A stretch of 64,000 nt of DNA. Source: the human T2T-CHM13v2.0 reference genome, Homo sapiens. The notes under the pieces are model-generated. The model was not told the DNA's origin and ran no database searches. It was given only the letters and a program-made list of their open reading frames with translations. Positions within the stretch are counted from its first letter, which is position 1. Each line of letters opens with the position of its first letter. Shown piece by piece: positions 59,184 to 64,000 of this stretch. The stretch lies in assembly GCF_009914755.1 (NCBI RefSeq), contig NC_060927.1; one strand, written 5' to 3'. The translations under genes were made by a program, and so were the position numbers.

Positions 59184-60347
59184 AAAAAAAAAATAAATAA
59201 ATAAAATAAATAAATAAATTGAGATTATCATATGGCTTTTATCCATGATTATGTTAACATGGTATATTACATTGACTGGTATGTTGAACCATCTTTGTAT
59301 TTTAGGAATAAAGCCTTCTTAGTCATGGTTTATAATCCTTTTCATATGCTGTTGAATTTAGTTTGCCAGTATTTTATTGAGAATTTTTGTACCAATATTG
59401 ATCAATTATATTTATCTATAGTTTTCTTTTCTATCTTTGTCTGGCTTTGGTATCAGGGTTATGTTAGCTTCATAGTAGGAGTTTGAAAGTATTGATCCTT
59501 TTTAATTTTTTGAAAGAATTCAGGAAGATTGGTATTAAGTATTCTGTGATAAGTGTCTGGTAATTGGTAGAGGAAATATTTGGTAGAGTTTTCCAGTGAA
59601 GTCATCAGCTCCTGGACTTTTCTTTGTGTGGAAGTTTGTAAATTATGAGTAATTTTATTACTATTTATTGGTCTGGTTCAACTTTGGTATGTTGTGTGTT
59701 TCTAGAAATTTGTTGATTTCATCTTCGTCATCAGTTTGTTGAAGTACAATTGTTCATAATACTCTCATAATTTATTTCTTTGTTATGATTGCAATGTTTT
59801 CTCCTCCATTTTCTAATTTTAGTTCATTGAATCTTGTCTAATTTTTTCAGTGAATCCAGATAAGAATTTGTAAGTTTTATAGATTTTTCTAAAAACTAAC
59901 TTTTAGTTTCATTTTTTTTTCTATGGTTTTTCCTCTTTATTTATCTCTCTATTTTTTATTTCACTTACTCTGCTAGCTATGGGTGTAGTTTGTTCTTTAT
60001 TTTCTAGTTTCTTGAGGTGTACAGTTAGGTTGTTGGTGTGAGATCTTTCTGTTTTTTGTTAAACCCTCTTACAACTATAAACCTCCCTCTTAGTATTGTT
60101 TTTGCTGTGATCCATAAGTTTTGTTATGTTATAGTTCTGTTTTTATTTGTTTCAGGGTTTTCTTTTTCTTTTTGCTATGATTTCTTTGGTTCATTGATTT
60201 TTAAGAATGTGTTTCATAATTTCCATATATCTGTGGATTTTTCCAGTTTTTCTCTTGCTGCAAATTTTTAGCTTTATTTCATTGTGATCTGAAAAAATTT
60301 TTGCATGATTTTAACCTTTTTCAAATTGTCGAGACTTCTTTTGTGGA

Positions 60348-60690
60348 TGTCCTATTTTGTTTTGTACTGCTTTAATGTAATACCACAGGAAATAATATTT
60401 ACAATCAACAGAAATTTATGGGATCAAAGATCTGGAGGTTGAGAATTTCAATAGCAAAGCACCAATATTTGGTGAGGGCCTTTTTGCTGTGTCATCACAT
60501 GATGCAAAAGGAGAAGGGCAAAAAGATAAAAGGAGGATAAACTCATTCTCTGATGACAGCAATAATCCTACCTATGTGGGTGGGGCCATCATGACCCATC
60601 ACTTCCCAAAGTTCCCACCTTTTAATACAGTTACAATGTCAGTTAAATTTTAACATGAGCTATGGAAGAACAAATATTCAGATTACAGCA
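60348..60690 (-). mobile_element. MST-family (ERVL-MaLR) solo LTR
   Basis: TG…CA termini, 5-bp TSD gtgga/gtggc, motifs 'aacagaaattta' and 'cccaccttttaatacagttacaatg'. Confidence 0.8.
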
Positions 60691-61292
60691 GTGGCCTAAT
60701 ATTTGGTTGATACTGAATAATGTTTCATGTGTACTTAAGAAGTACCATTGCTATTGTTGGGTAAAATATCCTATATATGTCTGTAAGGTCCAATTGATCT
60801 ACATTGTTGTTCAAGCCCTCTTTTCTTACTGATATTCTGTTTGGTTGTTATATTTATTATTAAAAGTGGAGTAGTAAAGTATCCTATTCTTACTGTGTTG
60901 CTTTCTACTTCTGTCTTCAATTCTCTCAATGTTTGCTTCATATGTTTAGGAGCTCTGTATTTTGGTGCATAAGTATTTATAACTGTTACAGCTTTTAAGT
61001 GGACTATTTTTTTCATTGTGTAATGCTCTTTTTTTCTATTATAACATTTTTTCACTCAAAGTCTGTTCTGTCTAAAAACTGCATAGCTACCTTTATTGTG
61101 TTTTTGTTGCCATTTACCACAGAATGCCTTTTTAAAAAAAATCCTATGACTTCCAGCCTATGTTTATTTTTAGAACTAAAATTAATCTCTCTAGAGAAGG
61201 CCTTAGGGTTACATCCTTAAAAAATAATTCAGTCAATCTATGTGTTTTGAATGGGAAATTTAATTTATTTATATTTAAAATAATTACTGATA

Positions 61293-61610
61293 GGCTGGGC
61301 GTGGTGGCTCACACTTGTAGTCCCAGCACTTTGGGAGGCCGAAGTGGGTGGATCACTTAAGGTCAGGAGTTCAAGACCAGTCTGGCCAACATGGTGAAAT
61401 CCCATCTCTACTAACAATACAAAAATTAGCCGGGCAGGGTGGTGCATACCTATAGTTCCAGCAGCTTGGGAGGCTGAGGCTCAAGAATCACTTGAACCCA
61501 GGGACGGAGGTTGCAGTGAGCTGAGATCATGCCACTGCACTCCAGCCTGGGTGACAGAGTGAGACTCTTTCTCAAAAAAATAAAAATAAAAATACTTAAT
61601 AAAATAAAGG
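61293..61610 (+). mobile_element. AluSx-like
   Basis: Full Alu; TSD aattactgata (61282-61292 and 61611-61621). Confidence 0.93.
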
Positions 61611-64000
61611 AATTACTGATAGGCAAAGGCCGTTTTGTTAATTATTTACTGTATTTCTTTTAGCTTTAGTTTCTCTGGACTCTTTAACTGTCATCTTTTG
61701 TGTATTAATAACTTTTTATAGTGAAAATCTTTGATTCTCTTCTCATTTTTATTTGCATATATTCTGTAGATATTTTCTTTGAGATTACCATTAAAATTAC
61801 ACAAAAGATCCTAAAGTTACACCATTCTCTTTTAAACTAATAGCAATTGCAATTCAATTTCATACAAAAACTCTACTTCACAGCTCCATCCCACACATTA
61901 TGTTATTAGTGCCACAAATTCTTTGTTTGTGTTTTCCAACTAGCATAGATTTACAGTTTTTGTCATTAAAATTTTATGAATTGATATTGAAATTGTACAG
62001 GCTACTAAGTTTGTTCTTATATTTACTTTTACTCTTGAACTTTAAATTTCCTTTTGGCTTTGTGTTGCTTTCTAGCATTTCTTCATTTCAACTTGGAGGA
62101 TTTCCGTCAGTATTTCTGTAGAGAAGATTTAGTGAAGGGCACTTTCTCAACTTTTATTTATTGAGGAAAGTCTTAAATCCTCTTTCACTTTAAAAGAACA
62201 GTTTTACTGGATACAAGATTCTTGGATGATAGGGATTGTTGTTGTTTCAGCACCTTAATATATCTTCTACTTCCTTCTGGCCTGCAAGATTTCTGCTAAA
62301 AAATTCACTGATTCTTGTATGTAAATTTTCTTGTATGTGATGGCTTTTTTCTTTGTTGATTTCAATTTTTTTTTTTTACTATAGACAGTTTTATTACAAT
62401 ATCTGAGTGTGGTTTTCCTTGCATATGTCCTAGAGTTCTTTCAGCTTTTCTATTTTTTATGTCCATCTAATTCCTCAAATTTAGGGAGCTTGAGGCCATT
62501 TTTTCTCAAATAAGCTCTCTCTCAAATAAGAAGTGGTAATGTCTCCTTTTCTATTTCTCAAATTCTAAAATTCCCAAGATATACATGCCTCCTCTTTTGT
62601 GTCTAACCGAAGATAGGGGCAAAAGAATGAATGAACAAAAGACTGAAGAGGAATTCTTCACTATTTTGTTTTTAACCCTAGGGAAGAGCCCAAGCTTGGG
62701 AAGTTTCTTTCCAGTTGTATATGCTGTGCTGTATGTGGGGAAGAACACGGGCATGCCTTCAAAACACTGCAAATTTTCTACCTCTTTCTCTGGAATCCTT
62801 TTTGTTTTTACATTGACCTGGGTACTGTAACTTCTCAACTAGTTTCTAGAGTATAAATGGAGGTATTCTAGTCAGTATATGGTTACTAATTCAGTATCTC
62901 TTCCACGAAAGAAGGGTCTGGAGCTTTGTAGTCCATATTCTTGCTGCATCACTTCTATTTATGTATAATTTATTTATTTTATTTTATTAAGTGGACAAGT
63001 AATCACATTATTACTTTTTTTCATCATCTTATTCCTTTGCATTTATTGTATTATAATTTACTCAGGGTGAGCCTGGGATTAAGTTTTCTTTAGAAGAAAA
63101 AAACTTTAACTGTGGGGTGAGTTTCTGTAATTTTTTTAACTTGATTTATTTGGGAATAAATGCTTACATAGGACTTTTAACTAGTTCTGATAAGTGACTA
63201 ATATGGATAGCACTTTTTTAATACCACGAATAGTTCTTATTAAAGAAATCTCTAAAGCTGAAATCTGATGCTTAATCAAACAAATGAAGTGAAGTGGTCA
63301 AAGCTTTCTTGTATTTCATTCCCTGGGGGAATCTGTGGTAAAGCAGAGAAAGGAGGCATATGCTACAGTTAAATAATATAGGAGTATGAGAAATCTACAA
63401 CTGCCACACCTAGAAAGACTAGGATAATCATTCCTGGAAGCAGGCCATGGCGGGCTTCTCATCTAGGAGCGTGCTCCTTGCTGTACATTAACATTAGCTG
63501 AGCACTATTGAAAAGTATCAATGTTATGCTTCATCCCTTGATAGTATGACTTAATTTTTTTTGAATGAAGAATCTGATTGAATTAGTCTTGGAAAGTAGC
63601 TACCAGAATTGATAGTTTATTATGCCTCCTCCATGATTCTAATTTTCACCCAAATTTGAGAACTATGATTCTAGGTGAAGCCCTTCATGTGGCCATGTGA
63701 GATAAGAAAGGTGTAAGGTGATTAGACATACGTTTCTGGCTTTCCAGATCCTGTGTGCAGGAATTCATGTGCACCTGTGTACCCGCTTGAGAGATTTGAG
63801 ATGTGTACATTGAACTTCTATTTCACACAAATATAAAGAGGATCTTCTCTGATGACCAGGAGCAGCAGTGTGGCAGAAGTCTAGTCATAGATTACGTTAT
63901 GTCAAAAAGACATAGAAAGAAGGATGATGATTAGAGATTTCTGTCAAGGACACCTGCTTAACTACCCATGGTTAAAGAATAATGTATGTAAATCCCACCA

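Larger units (their letters stand above)
53492..59213 (+). mobile_element. HERV-W (HERV17) processed pseudogene, 5'-truncated
   Basis: Pre-gag, gag, pro-pol, env tail and U3-R of LTR17 ending ATTAAATCTTGCAACTGC, then poly(A)/(TAAA)n; TSD ATAAATTGAG at 53482-53491 and 59214-59223. Confidence 0.95.

Overview
Human genomic DNA (identified by an AluYb8 with its diagnostic 7-nt duplication). It is AT-rich and intronic or intergenic, with no protein-coding gene I can recognise. More than half is interspersed repeat: L1 copies of several ages, about 9 Alus, MER50, MER34, MST and MLT LTRs, and an old ERV1 3'LTR-env remnant. A 5.7-kb HERV-W (HERV17/LTR17) processed pseudogene at 53492-59213 was retrotransposed by L1 machinery: it has no 5'LTR, no U5, a poly(A) tail and a 10-bp TSD. 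There are two unusual tandem arrays: a 257-bp pure A/T tract and a 1.5-kb purine-pyrimidine VNTR, which explains the six long spurious ORFs. The most unusual signal is a set of locally templated copy, inversion and rearrangement scars: a 244-bp copy of 16.6 kb inside an L1 at 11.1 kb, 57-bp inverted arms around an inverted env piece, serial duplications at 44 kb, a 100-bp inverted copy at 47.5 kb, a fold-back at 52.8 kb, a 430-bp foreign segment inside an L1 TSD, and a scrambled L1 at 40-42.7 kb. I found no evidence for a new gene system. Subfamily names come from remembered consensus sequences and need RepeatMasker/Dfam confirmation.
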